Part shown: positions 1 to 13,599 of the stretch, piece after piece | Layout: every line of letters starts with the position of its first letter | How positions within the stretch are numbered: the first letter of the stretch is position 1 | Assembly: GCA_030704615.1 (NCBI GenBank) | Contig: CM060731.1 | Coordinates: 21,328,001 to 21,392,000 of the forward strand | Length of the DNA stretch: 64,000 bases | Direction of reading: 5' to 3' | Source: Takakia lepidozioides | Taxonomy: Eukaryota > Plantae > Bryophyta | The notes under the pieces: model-generated | The model's input: only the letters and a program-made list of their open reading frames with translations | Told to the model about the DNA's origin: nothing | The model's database searches: none | Program-made: the position numbers and the translations under genes

Positions 1-1620
1 GGAGTTGAGGTGGATATTTTCCTAGGGAACCTTCTTATCGGCATGTATGCCAAGTGCGGGAGTGTCGTGAGTGCGCGCCAATCGTTTGATAAAATGCGTA
101 AGCGAGATGTGGTCTCATGGACTGCGATGATTGCAGGATATGCTCAACAGGGTGAAGAGGCATTCGATTTTTTCCGGCAAATGCAACGAGAAGGGGTGAA
201 ACCAAACAAGGTCACCTTCGGTAGCATTCTCAAAGCATGTGCCAGCCCTGCAACTCTGGAACGGGGCAGGTGGGTCCATGCGGGAATTGTCAAAGCTGAA
301 CTTGAGTCAGATATCAGGGTGGGGAATGCGCTTGTCAGCATGTATTGCAAGTGTGGGAGTGTGGAGGATGCATGCAAGGTGTTTGGAAACATGAGTGAAA
401 GAGATGTCGTCTCATGAACTGCTATGATTGCAAGATGGGCTGAGCATGGTCATGGTACGGAGGCTTTCGATCTCTTTTGGCAAATGCAAAACGCGGGCGT
501 TCAGCCAAACAAGATCACCTTCATGAGCATTCTGAAGAAACGTGGTCTCTTGGACTGCCCTTGTCAACATGTATTGCAAGTGCGGCAGTGTCGTGGATGT
601 CTATCGGGAATGCCCTTGTTGACATGTATGCCAAATGTGGGAGTGTGGTGGATGCTTGGCAGGTATTCAACAATATTCTGCATCGGGATGTGATTTCATG
701 GACTGCAATGATTATCGGATATGCCCAGCATGGGCTTGGCAAGGAGGCCCTCGGCCTCTTTGAACAGATGCAACACGAAGGGGTGAAGCCAGTCAAAGTC
801 ACCTGTGTTGGTGTTCTTTCTGCTTGCAGCCATGTGGGCCTAGTTCATGAAGGTCGTAAGTACTTTAACTCCATGAGTAGAGATCATGGCATCACCCCAA
901 CAGGGGAGCACTATGGGTGCATGGTTGACCTGTTTGGACGGGCAGGGTGCTTGACTGAGGCAGACAACTTCATTAGAAAGCTTCCAGTTGAACCAAGTCC
1001 CTCAGTGTGGGGGGCCTTGCTTGGTGCCTGCAGAGTTCATTGTGATGTTGGGCTAGCAGAGCGTGCTGCAGAAAGTGCTCTCAAGTTGGAACCACAAAAT
1101 GCTGCAGTTTATGTGCTGCTATCTAACGTCTATGCTGCAGCTGGTAGGTGGGACTAAGTGGTGAAGGTGAGGAAAATGATGGAGGACAGACGAGTGAAGA
1201 AAGAGCTGGGGTACAGCTGGATTGAGGTCAAGAACAAGATCCACAAGTTTGTTGCAGAAGATAGATCACACCCACAAACAGAGGAGATCTATGCCGAGTT
1301 GGAACAAGTGACTATACAGATGAAGGAGGCAGGATTTGTGCCTGATACACGGTTTGTTATGCATGATTTAGAGGAGCACCTAGAGGAACAGCATCTCTGC
1401 CACCACAGCGAAAAGCTGGCCATTGCTTTTGGGCTCATCACCACCCCCCCCCCCCCCCGGATCATCCATCTATATAACTAAGAACCTCTGTGTTTGCGGT
1501 GACTGTCACACCGCCACAAAATTCATTTCCAAACTTTTCAACAGAGAAATTGTTGTAAGGGATGCTAGCCGCTTCCATCACTTCAGGAATGGAGTATGTT
1601 CATGCGGGGATCATTGGTAA
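1..1620 (+). pseudogene. PLS-class PPR-E1-E2-DYW RNA-editing factor, disrupted (5' part lies outside the window)
   Basis: P/L/S motifs (GNALVSMYCKCGSVEDA, VVSWTAMIAGY), E motifs, HHSEKLA, CGDCH and a terminal CGDHW are split across 6 ORFs. Lesions: TGA at 415-417 in place of a conserved Trp, two internal deletions near 540-600, TAA at 1155-1157, and a frameshift in the poly-C run near 1444-1458. Confidence 0.88.
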
Positions 1621-1848
1621 TGGTGGGAATCAAGTATCAAACATAAACGTACTTGCTACCTGTCCCACTGCAATCTGCTCCAGCCAAGGCATGCCAATCC
1701 CTCGCGCTTTGCCCCACAATCTACAATCACATAAAAATGAGGGCAAAAACCCCTGACCAAAGCTGATTGACCTATTTTCAACCACCACCAATGTCAGGTG
1801 ATGGGCATTTTCTAGCCGACACTTCACAGCAACAACTCATTAGCCTTT

Positions 1849-1900
1849 ACTTGCCCTAGCCTTTGTGGCCATAGCTCCATGCCCTGGTTTGGGCGAAGAA
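1849..1900 (-). mobile_element. Short remnant of the LINE 3' end (family B)
   Basis: ttgccctagcctttgtggccatag...tttgggcg matches the copies at ~27520, ~35635 and ~61895. Confidence 0.6.
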
Positions 1901-2210
1901 AATGGGAATTTAAATGCTTCGCAACTGCCAAGGTGCAATTCACCTTGCAGCTAAAGACCTTGACGGAATAGGGCCCTCAAAATTGTGAGGAGCGGCCCTA
2001 GCTCATTGACACCTGCAAAATCCCATTTATCCACTCTGGCTGGTCACCATTGCCATGAGATGAGGGAGAAAAGAGGGATACTTATGGAAGGACAGAGAGA
2101 AGCTGACAATCAGCTGTAGAAGTTGGTCCAATGAGCTCAAATCTTTCAGAATATCAGCACAGCAGCTGTGTGTTTAGGGTTTCAACTTGACTTCAACGAA
2201 CCTGAATCTC

Positions 2211-4596
2211 TTATTTAATGAAGATGATGTTCTCATCCTCGCTGAAGTCAAGGTCCCTAAAATCGTCATCGTCCCAATCAATTTCATCCTTCACATCAGC
2301 TCCTCTATTGGAACGGCTAGCTGAAGGCTTTCGATTTGCCCTCCTTTTTGAACGTGGTGAAACTGCATCATCTTCTTCATCTTCTTCCACATCAGATGCT
2401 TCAGCTTCCTCTTCAACTTCCACTTCACTCGGTTCAGTCTCTCCCCGTTCCTTGCGTTCCCGCTCCTCTTTCAATTTGCCAAGAATTTCAAGCACCTGTA
2501 CATTTGCAGATTACTGTGTGATGAGTAAGAACCCCAACCCCTACTGTCCTCCCTCTACCCACATTCTGATCACAAGCTTAGGCCCTTCACAGCCTGACAA
2601 AAGCAATTTCTTTTCACATTGATCACATATATACATACCACATACTCAAGTAACATTGACCTGACTTGCGGTGATAAGAAGCTGAATACAATATCAAAAC
2701 ACAGACAATATGGATGACAAGGTACAAGAAGCATGCCAATTCAACTCTTTTGCAGGCTAACTGATTTGTAAGCAGGTACCCTTCTTTCGTTTCATAGAGA
2801 TCATCTGTCCTTGCTGTAGGATCCTGGCTCATATGCCATAATCAGATGATAGGAAAGAGAAAAGGGAATGCACTCATTGATTGTTTAAGCTTGACTGTGA
2901 TGCACCCTTGAGGGCACAGTCCCAGAGTTTAAATACCTCACACAACCAGAGATACGATTTAACCCGCAAGGTAAGAAGGTCAGCCAGAAAATGCCACTGG
3001 CGCCAATTGTCAGAAGGGAGAGAGAAGGGTTTACCCTGCTTCCACGCTCCAAGGAGTCATCTTTGATGAAACGAACTTCGGGAGTCATGCGCAAGCTCAT
3101 ACGCTTGCCCAATCCCATGCGCACATACTTGGTCTTACCCTTCAATCCTTCCATTGCTATCTCCTGCTCCCTTTCATCTCCATAGACTGATATGAACACC
3201 TTGGCAACCTGCAAAAGCCCACTTCCTTTTAGATAATTCCAATGTACCTCAAGCCTTGTGGCTGTGAATAAATTCATCTTAAGAACTCGGTACTGGTCTG
3301 GGTGTATTTGTTTGCCGTACTGGGCTTGATCTCTGGCATGATCCAATGCCTCCAGAAATTCATGTTCCATACATGTAAATTTGGACTACAAATGCAACCA
3401 TAAGGTTCAGTGGAAGGGAATTGAAACCCACGTCTGTGGTTGCACATGCAACAAAAGGTCCTTCTGCAAGTCGGATTTGAATGAATGGGTGGCATTCACC
3501 ATGGTAATAACAAAACAACCTATGAGAGGAAGAGAGACAGAGTACCGATAAATCTCTGGAGATTTCGACATCGCTGACAGTGGCAACTGATGAGAGGTAC
3601 ATATCAGCCCCCAACGCAGATTCAGGAATCACAGCTGACTGTAGCACTTTGTCATGCAGGAGCATGTCTGCCAACTCCCTCTTGATCTGCTGTTGCACCA
3701 TCTTCACCCTCCTTGGATGGGCCATGCAAACCACCTGCCACCACCAATTTTAATGCACCACCAATGTAATTGACCTAGCAACACCTTCTACTGTATGCCT
3801 TCACAGCTTAATGCAGTTTTTCACTGATAGACTCCCAACCAAAACTTGACAAAATTGCCCTTCCTTTTACTGTACCTGCTGCTCCTAAGCTTAGTAAGAT
3901 GTGCAAGGCATTTGAAACCAGCCAAATATTTGCAAGTGCACAGACATGCTCTGCTGAATGTGGCTACTTGACTACAATTACGGCAGTACATTTGTGATCG
4001 CGAAATCAAAGTGTGGCATACATAACTTCAGAAATTGACACAAGCACATATTGAATCGCCTGTGTGCTGATTATACAGCAGACTGAAAACTAAAAAGGAA
4101 TATGTACAACCCTTTATCTGTTAGCAAAAAAATTCAGATGCAAACCTCAGCATATTTGAGAGACTTGATCACTTGACTTGGTTTTCGGGTTAAAGAACAT
4201 TCGTCATTAGCTAAGTAGAAACATTGAAGCCAGGCAGATCAAACAATTTCCATGAACCGCAACCCGACCTCAGAAATGGTATTACATACAAAAGCATGAA
4301 AACGCAATCAGAAAAATACCCAAAAATCGAAAACCAGAAGTGCTGACCTTCCTCGACCTACTGCTGCTGCCACTGCATTCTGGACAGGGTGAAGACGAAA
4401 ATTTGTTGGAGACATATGCATCCAAAAAGGACGATTTTGAAGCACGTTCTGAGAACTTAACTAGCATTTTGTTACACTGATGAGCAGCAGCTGAAGCTCT
4501 GGCACACGAGAGGGACACGTATTGTGGTATAGAATCCTGAGCTCCGGTAGTCCGGAGACGTGCTTGTAGAACTCCATGTACTGCACAGGCGGCCAT
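2211..4596 (-). CDS. RBFA: Plastid ribosome-binding factor A; exons ~4596-4348, 3734-3546, 3208-3035, 2495-2211
   Basis: MAHPRRVKMVQQQIKRELADML, VEISRDL|VAKVFISVYGD, LGKRMSLRMTPEVRFIKDDSLERGSR and an acidic C-tail ending DENIIFIK. Exon 1 is Ser/Ala/Arg-rich like a transit peptide. GT-AG junctions are in phase. Confidence 0.92.
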
Positions 4597-5052
4597 AGCT
4601 GGAGCTTCAGAGAGAGAGCTCGAAAACCCACTGATCAACAAGAGGAAATTTCTAACCTCGCAACATAATTACACACTGTCAACCCAAAAAGAGAGTCGAG
4701 ATAGCTCAGTACAATACAAGAAAGATTGCACTCCAGAAAATGGAGCTCAGCAAAACGAGAGAGAAGCAGAAGAGGAACAGATAGCACATGAAAACATGTA
4801 GATGAAAGCACCGAATCATCTACTGATTGTGAATATAGATGGACGAAACAGTGTGATGGTGACTCATCAGTGAGTCATCACTTCCCTTCATCAGCACGAT
4901 TTGACCTAATCTCGTCCTTGTGAGCATTTTTGAATTGGGCAGGGCTGAATCCTTCGACTGGAACCCACATTTTCTTTCCTCGTCTTTTGCGTTCTCTCAG
5001 AGGGCTTCATCGACACGGTGCTGGATCAAGCTGTCAACAGTCGGGATCAATC
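4597..5052. promoter_or_regulatory. Bidirectional promoter/5'UTR region between RBFA and LSM4
   Basis: Divergent start codons ~456 bp apart. Inverted TGACTCA (4860-4866) and TGAGTCA (4871-4877) pair. Confidence 0.5.
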
Positions 5053-8000
5053 ATGGTGCCAACTTCCCCGTCTCCCTCTTGTTGTGGGTTTGTCTTTCGT
5101 TTCGTTTCTGGGTAGTTCTTGCTTGTGTGTTTGGGGGTCAGTCGTAGGTTTGATTGCTGGCTATTGGGAGTTTTTTTCATGAAAAGAAATTATGGGTTCG
5201 TGCTCTTTGTAGTGGGACACTTAGAGATAGAGTTTGCCTGCTTAGCCTTATATTGAGTGAGGCGTATGAGTTCGGGAGGGGGAAGCACATGTTTCCATGT
5301 GGAGATGGAGTACACTGTAAGAAAGTAACGATGATGATGTCAAGAGTGGAGAGGAGTATTTAGATCATGTTAAGTGTCTTTCAGGTATCGCCTGCTCCTG
5401 TAGGGCTCCAATCCACATTAGGCCACACTGATGCCTTGCTGGTTGGATCCAAGAACGAGAGATTGTCGCAGGCTAAGAAAATCCATGGTTAGTAGTTTAA
5501 TCATAGCCAAGAATTCAGTGGTAGGTTTCCCCGTTTTCCGGTTTTCCGAGAGTTGTTGTAGGAGTCGACTGTGGCGGACCATGTTCGCTAGGATATTTTA
5601 GTGCAGGGGTTTAAGGGCATCAACGTGCAGGTAGTATTGGTTGTGCGGCAGGTGGTTGAAAGTAGAGGCAATGGTATTTGGACGCTGTGGTTACTTTATG
5701 TTTGTATGGATTTGAGGCACCTGCTGGTTGGATCTCTGTAGCTCCCATCCCACTAACCTAATGTTCTATTCTACAAACTGAGGGAATGTGCTGGTGTGTT
5801 GGGGGCGTAGAGGGGTAAATTCCCAGGTTTGGAGGCTTTCTAATCTTAGCCTTCTCACTAAGCATCACTGGTGTCTGTTTGTTATCCATGGCAGCTTCCA
5901 TTATCCCTTTTGAAGACAGCTCAAGGGCATCCTATGGTGAGATCTCTCATCTCTCTGATTCGTTTTTGGATTGACAGTGCAGGCACAGTTGATGTGTAAC
6001 GTGTCAACTGTAAAGTCTAAATCAGCACTGCTGGTATCAAAGCTTGTACCTTCTAATTTGATGTCAATGCCACCATTTGAAGCAATATCTTTTTAGCACT
6101 TCAAACTTTTGGCTTGGTGTGAGTGCCATGGTAAAGTAACCCAAAAAAAAAATCTGAAAGGTGAGATATAGGTTGACTGCCATTTACCTAGTTGAGGGTG
6201 ATTTGGTTGCATCTCACAAGTAAGAACCATTTCTTTTGGCTATTTTGTGAATATACTGAGCTTCACTCTTGTGCAGCGTGTTAGAGCCAGGGGCCTTAAA
6301 CAGCCAGGGGGGGCATCAATTCTTTTCCTGGACACTTGATATTTTGCTAGACAATGCTTCACTTACCCTAACTTCCAATAGCCGCCTATCTACTTAGGGT
6401 ACGGTGTGGCTGCGTGCCCTCGGCATTGATCTAATTGTTGGAGGACAATGACACTTGGTTGGCTGTCAGCTTGTGGAGCTGAAGAATGGAGAGACATACA
6501 ATGGCCATCTGGTAAACTGCGACACTTGGATGAATATTCATCTTCGTGAGGTTATCTGCACGTCCAAGGTGAGAGTCTTCTCTTATTCTGATTGAAAAAG
6601 CTTGACTGTTGCTTTACCACTTGTTTTGCTCTTCATGGTACTGATGTGAGTTGGATCTGCATTTGAACGGAGGTGTGGGTAACGTAGGATGGAGATCGTT
6701 TTTGGAGAATGCCTGAGTGCTATGTTCGTGGGAACACCATTAAATATCTCCGTGTCCCTGATGAGGTCAGCTCCAACTTCCCATTGCCCTCCTGTCTTCC
6801 CTCGTATTTCCATTTTCCTGCTCTCCTTTTTGCACTACACCACTCACTCCTCTTCTTCGCTCTACTGTTGTTTTCTTCCTAGTTGTTTTATGCAACCTGG
6901 GGGCTGTCGTCAAGTATGATAGAGACTGATTATACTTACTCTCCGGGGTTGTTTGTGGTTCTTGCCTGCAGGTCATCGACAAGGTGCAGGAGGAGACAGT
7001 GAAGAGATCTGGTGCTCTCTCATCCTTTCCTAATAAAATTCAAAAGGGGCAAGACCCCAAATCAATCTAAAGTAGAATGTCTTCTTTCAAATCTCTCTCT
7101 GTCTCTCCAGCAACCCCATTCTGTCTCTCTTACCTTCATGAAGTGCTCCCATCTCATGGAGTGATTTAGACCTGGTTTTGTAGTGCTTTGTGTGTTTGGG
7201 ATGCATTCTTATCCCTTAAGCTCAGAGGTTTTGCCATCGATGTTGTAAAATTCCTCGCTTTCTTCTTCTTGTCCCTCCCCCTTGTCAATAATGTGTTCAA
7301 CCCTTGCAATAGCAAGCCCAAATATTCACCTCCTGGCGAAGTTGGAACTCAATCAGTCCTTTCCCTTACATCAGTGCTGGATTGTAATGTCAAGTCTGTC
7401 TTGGCATGAGTGTTGTTTGTGAAAACCACTTGCGATATCTTTGTTGTCAGTGAGGAAGTTGTAGATTGTGGGGATGCCCATGCATGCAAGATCAAAATCT
7501 GTTTAGTTTGGTTCTGGATGGTTCCTAATCAGGATAACTTCTCCTGGAGTGTGCAGATCGAAGGCCAACAATGGGACGTGGCCGTGGTCGAGGAAGGGGA
7601 GAGGAGGCTGGCGGCCGAGGAGGGGGAAGAGGAGGACGTGGGGGATATCAAGAAGATGCAGGGGGTGTGGGTAGAGGAGGCGCAAGGGGAACTGGAGGGA
7701 TGCGAGGCACTGGCAGATCTGGTGGTGGAAGAGGTAAGCACAGCACTGGCATGTTTCATCTGCCAAGGAGGTCATGGATGTCTCGAAGGAATGGTGGATC
7801 GTTTTGGAATCCCTTTCCCTTTGAAGTGTCCAGCCCTTTTTCATTGACACTGACTTGCAGTGCAACCAGTCACATTGTCACATCTGTTTGCAAGCAAGAG
7901 TGCCAGAGGAGTGTCAGAATCAGCCAATGTCAGCCCATCAATCAACCTCGCCTGTAAATGCATTATGACTGGCTGGTCGTCAGTTCTATGGCTGAGTCTA

Positions 8001-8289
8001 ACATGCATTGGTGGGCTGAAACCCTAAAACCAGATGAGAGGGTTAGATCCTTGGAGACTAAAGGTAGGTTCTGGGGTATGATCAATGATTCTTTTTTTCT
8101 ATAATGTCCTCTGCTGCCATGTCGTGAATTACCAACCCCTTCTGAATCTTGTGAGTCCGTCCTCTAGAGCTACAGCACTTACATACTGAGATTGTCACTT
8201 TACCCACAATTTGTTGTGGAGAAGCATGATGCTTATTAGTAAGTTCTCTGTGTCTGCTGACAGGTGGTGCTGGACGGGGTCGAGGATGA
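5053..8289 (+). CDS. LSM4: Sm-like protein LSm4; exons ~5053-5055 (ATG only, uncertain), 5895-5936, 6470-6568, 6688-6765, 6972-7011, 7557-7733, 8264-8289
   Basis: Spliced peptide [14 protein letters not shown]|[33 protein letters not shown]|[26 protein letters not shown]|VIDKVQEE with an RG/RGG-rich C-terminus. Confidence 0.93.
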
Positions 8290-10785
8290 TAGTCCCAGTT
8301 TTTGTATGAAGCCACAAATTGACTACTCCTGGATTATCCTATTTTTGGAGGATATCCTCTGAGAAATGTGAGGAATAGTTATGCTGGGACGAAGACTATG
8401 GTCGCTATCCTATGGCTTCCCTGGAGAACTTTTGAAATCTAGGGCAAGTCCCTAAGCTTTGGCTGCTTCTTCACAATCAGGTTCCTTGCCCTTCTCATAC
8501 TGGGGGAAAGCTGTTCCGGTTTTCCCTGATACAAGGAGGAGTCCATCTTGTTCTGGATGAAGTATTGAACCCTAACCAGGTTAACTAGATATTTGCTCTC
8601 CAGAGAATGTAGGTAATGAGTCTCTTTCTTTCAAAAGTGTATTGATCAGAAAAGGCCCCTCAGCCTTCGAAGTCTCATGTGGCAAATTCTTCCATAACTT
8701 TTGAGAGGATGGGAACCTTTTATTCAATGGTATGGTGGCTGACTTTGTGTCCTTTGTAAATGTTTCCATCTTGGCTGTGGATTCTCTCTCTCTCAATGCA
8801 CTTTAGATTGCAAGTGGTTATTACAACTGACTGAAGATGGGGTCTTTTCCCGAGCTGATACCCATTTTGCTATTATACATCACTGAAAGTCACCTATAGG
8901 AATCATTATATAATGTTCGAAGTGTTTGCATTGGTGTCCTATTGATGCATGGATGCATACTGCATGGTCGATGAGGCTCAACTCTTACTATAGATGTTCT
9001 TGATTGATTCAGAGATATATACAAGCATCGATCTGCTACTCTTCCATGCTAAACCCAGACCATACAAATATTGGAGCTACAGTTTGCCCTCCCACAATGT
9101 GAGCCCTAGGGAGCTCCAAGAATATAAGCAAGAGAGGCTGTCATTTCAACAGTAAGAGATGGTGAAGGGGTAGTTACTACCCTAAGGATATAAGGACTTA
9201 ACTGTCATAATCTACAGGGCTCCTGTCCCATTTAAGAGAAAAGAAACACCTCAAGAAACTGCAGAACCCAGGCACCAAGGGTTGAACACTTGATCAGGTG
9301 CGAGATGGTTCACGGGAAATCTAAACAAGGGATCCGGATATCCCTTCGGACACTTGCCCTCCCGCATGCGATGCAGGCTATATCGGAACGATCGCGAATA
9401 GAGGATTCGGAGGAGTTGGAGAGGGCGAGCTCGTTGAGATCGTTGAGGAAGTGGAAGCCATAACTTTCAGTTTCTTTTTGGATCCTTTGGAATTCACAGG
9501 TACCTCTGCTGTAATTTCAATTCTGGGTTGTGCATGCCTTTGTTTGTGTGCGTGTGTGAGAGAGAGAGAGATGGAGTGGTCGGGTTTTGGGTTGTGATGT
9601 CATGTAACAGAAAGAGGGATTTGGGTTTTTGACATTCTTGCACATGCTGCAGCGAAGGGCGAGGTAGATACGACAGAAGGGTCAATGACCACCCTGCTCT
9701 TTCCTTCTTATTTCCTGGCAGCTGACGCAATAGGGTGTTGCTTGTTCAATAAGGTCTCCATGCAAGTATGATCACAAAAAATGTAGAGGTTTCATTAAGC
9801 TATAGAAAGATCCTCTTTGATTGTGCCAGAAACAGAGTTTTCTTGGTCCACGCGATCGGAAGGTTTGCTCCAGTTGCATGGTTTGTCGGCGTTTGAGGTT
9901 TTAGAATTGGTGACGACTGTTAAGGGACATTCATGAGGAAGGGATTATTGGCATTGCCACATTCCCAAGGATTGCATTGCGACCCAGTGTGATGCCTTTC
10001 GTATGAGAGATAGAGACGATCTTTTCAATTCATGAAAGGTGGAAAGTGAGCTTGTTACTGATGGTGCACGGGTATTGTTAATCATTGCATTAGGTGCATT
10101 AGGTGGAACTTCATCGAGGCCTTTCTTCCTCCCTCTCGCCCTTCTTCAGCCCTCTTAGTTTTGGTTACAATTCTACGGTCTAGTGCACGTAATGCTGTGG
10201 ATTAAAAATCGCTCCTGGGTTTAGTGCGGTGGTGGTGGTGGTGGTAGTACTCAGCAACTTTCTTTTAACTCAATAGCGTCTCCTGTCGTTTATTGCCTGT
10301 AATATGGCAAGTGGCATTACAAGGATCTTAGTCAACACAACACCAACGAGGGGTTAAAACAAAGAGGAGATTGCAGAATAGCAAAAAAACTTGGGCTGTT
10401 TCTAGAAGCCTAGGGCTTTGTAGCAAGTGCGTCCAGAGAGGGAAATTTGCTTCAAGCTGTTACTTAGGGCAGTCAGTTATGTAGGAGAAGCGATGGAGAA
10501 GCATCGCGTATGGAAAATTCACTAAAAAGTGAAGGAAGGGTCTGCAACCCAACTGACCGGTTGGGCAGACAAGGATGCCCTCTCTACTTGGCAGTTTTGC
10601 AGTGGCTAACAGTGGAACTGTCCCGACCTTTTTGCTTGAAGGAGACCCATTAGAAGCCACATCTGATATCAGTAACCAGCAACATTTTGGTTTGGTTATT
10701 CATCAAGTTTTCTTGCTTTGCTGTAGTGGTGAAAGTATGATGGAGCACTGAATGAGACTAAAGGGGCTCTTGTTACAGGGTAAGC

Positions 10786-11569
10786 ATGCCGCTGTCAGCA
10801 GGACAGGGAGGTGATAGGAAGATAGCCATTGCAGTGGACCTTAGTGATGAGAGTGCATATGCTGTGAAGTGGGGGGTAGCGAACTACCTCCGCCCAGGGG
10901 ACAATGTTGTTATTCTCCATGTCAGATCTACAAGCGATCTCTATGGAGCTGATTGGGGAGCATCTGATCAAGTCCTGGAGGCTGACAAAGAATCTCAACA
11001 GAAGATGGAAGAGGACTTTGATGCTTTTACATCGGCCAAAATCTCGGAACTTACTAAGCCTCTTTCAGATGCTCGAATCCCGTTCAAGACCCATATAGTG
11101 AAAGATCATGACATGAAAGAGCGGATATGTCTGGAGGTGGAGCGCTTGGGAGTGAATGCTGTTATAATGGGAAGTCAGGGTATGTATGTCTGCCTGACTG
11201 TACTTAATAGTGTACAACTGCCTTTCGTCCTATCAATAACTTGTTGAGATTTTTCCAGTTTCCAGTGGAGGAATATTTTCTTTATGGTGTTGCTGATTAG
11301 TTATTTCTGCTAATTTGGTGGGTGAAACACTTGTGGATTGTTATTCCATAGGTTTTGGCTCATCAAAACGTTCACGGAAGGCTCGTCTCGGCAGCGTGAG
11401 CGATTACTGTGTCCATCACTGTGACTGCCCTGTTGTTGTGGTGCGACTTCCAGAGGAGAAAGAGGAGGCACCTGCCCCACGACGTTCAAGTTCACATCCC
11501 AGAACCCCTAGTCCCCAGTTCACCCCTATTCCTCAGAAGACTGAACTAAAAGCTGATCAAAAAGTGTAA
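10786..11569 (+). CDS. Universal stress protein A-like (PHOS32/PHOS34 type); exons 10786-11179, 11352-11569
   Basis: RKIAIAVDLSDESAYAVKW, LYGADWG, HIVKDHDMKERICLEVERLG and GSQG|FG...RLGSVSDYCVHHCDCPVVVVR. Confidence 0.9.
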
Positions 11570-13599
11570 AGCTAGTGTCAAGAGCATCCGGAGTATCAGG
11601 TAGAATTGTGGTGGCTGAAGAAACGCTTTCTTCTGAGGAAAGTAAGGAGGTTTTGTGAGAGATTCAGCTAAGTATAAATCATTGAAGGGAAACAGAGATA
11701 CAGTGAGATTTTTCTGTGAGCTTAAGAGTCTGATTGATAACCGACACTTGGCTCATACAGTTTTTTGGCATAGAGGTGGTACTACCAGGTTGTTATAGAA
11801 GGTGGTGCATGTGGGTTGAAAGCTACAAAGAAACAGTGATTTTGACAGAAGCATACTGGAAACTTAATGCACTCACCTGGATGCATTAGAGGTTTGACTA
11901 AATTTTTTGAACTTGTTCAAGTTGCGGTTCAAAGACGTTCAGTAGTGCCCTTCCAGTTTTTGTTGCTGTGAGAGAGATATGAGAGAGAACATTGTGAATT
12001 ATTGAGCATCACTCCCCCTTCATCTACTGACAACCAATCCTCCTAGGTCAGATGTGGTCTTAAACACCTGCATGACTACACCATAACACAGCAACAGAAA
12101 GACAGTTTCCTAATTGAAGAAGATGTGTACTTGCTGTGGAGAAACTCTGGCATACAAGGAAAGAATTGAGACTAATTTTTTGCATAACCTCAAATTCTTC
12201 TGGTGTGCACAGAGAAAGCTTGTCTAGCCACTCTTCCTTCCACTATTACCACATCCATGCATACCTCCAACCCTGTAAAACCCCACTGTTTGCTTGTTGC
12301 AGACTATTCTCTCTCTCTTCCCCCCTCCTCATGAATTGCCATCCGATTTCTCCCTCTCTCTGTGTTGCCTCTCAAACCACCCAAGCCAAGACCTGAGCAG
12401 TTAAAAATGCAAATGAGGAGCTGCAAGACAGAATGGCTAGTCTCTCCTCATTGCAACAACACTGTTTCTCAGAGTCGATTGAGAGAGCCCCAAGCAGAGA
12501 GAAATTACATATTCTTACCCCATTCAGATACTTTCAAAATGAAAAACACCGAAACTGTTGACGACTCCGTTGCACCGAGATGAGACAGCCGATTGTAAGG
12601 AGTACCAATGATTTCGAATTGACATCTTGTTTGCGTAATAAGATCGGCTGAGAATGACAGCTTTCAGCTGTTCGCTCAAGGAATATGGAATTGGTTTGTG
12701 AGAGGAGGAGAGAGGGATGAAACCACGTCAGTGCCACGCAACAGTCTAGAGTCCCGTATGCCCGTGAGATGCTGGTTGGCGCGTGTCAAGAGCAAGGGGC
12801 GGAGAGGAGATCCTGTCTCCCCTAAAACATGGGGCTAGAATTAGGGAGGTCGTTAGGCAACTGTGCAACGACCCTTTGTTTTGTCGTTAGCGGATCCTCG
12901 GGCGTCCCTCGACAACAGATCCTTCGCTGTTCGATCTTTGTGCAACGAATGTAATCACAGCACGAGTTCCTAGAATGTGGGTGATTGCGATCTAACGGAG
13001 TTCGTCGATTGGGTCTTGCTGTTTCGTTGTGGGACAAACGACAGACACAATGTGAGGAATCGATCTGATGCGTACTCGTTCAATGTTCGGGGAAAGTTTT
13101 TGAAATCGTGCAGTACTAGAAGGTTATGCAAAACTTTTGGGGGAGACGACGATGGGATGGCAATGGAGGCAAGAGAGGGAGATCCCCTGGGCACAGTAGG
13201 AAAATAAGGTTGGTGGGGGGTTTCCAGGAAGGAAGGAGCGTTGAATGACTTGCTTGCTTATGCCACTGAAAGAGTCCGACATATAAATCGAAAGAGGAGC
13301 TGTTTTTGGAGCTTGAAATGACTAGAGGTAGACGAAAGGAAGAAATGTGAATCTGTTTTCCCTGCATATGATCAGAGCTGATTGAAGGAGGAGCACGAAC
13401 AGTCTGAAACAGGGGTGGGCGTTTGTTAGTTCCAGCACATCATGGGCTATGTCGCCTTAGGATCTGCATTGAATCAAGCTATGAAGTCTAGCCATACAAA
13501 CAAAGATCAATTGCACCATGAACTTGCCAGTTGCTTCGGTATTTGCGTTTGGACTAAGAAATCTCCAGCAGCTTGCTTGGGAGGAAGCCTGGTTCGTAG

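Noticed and set aside
415-1157. Idea that the stops in the first PPR gene are repaired by U-to-C editing
   Set aside because: It is a nuclear gene, TGA replaces Trp (editing would give Arg), and frameshifts and deletions are also present.
2218-2622. Ser-rich 134-aa plus-strand ORF
   Set aside because: Antisense of the acidic last exon of RBFA.
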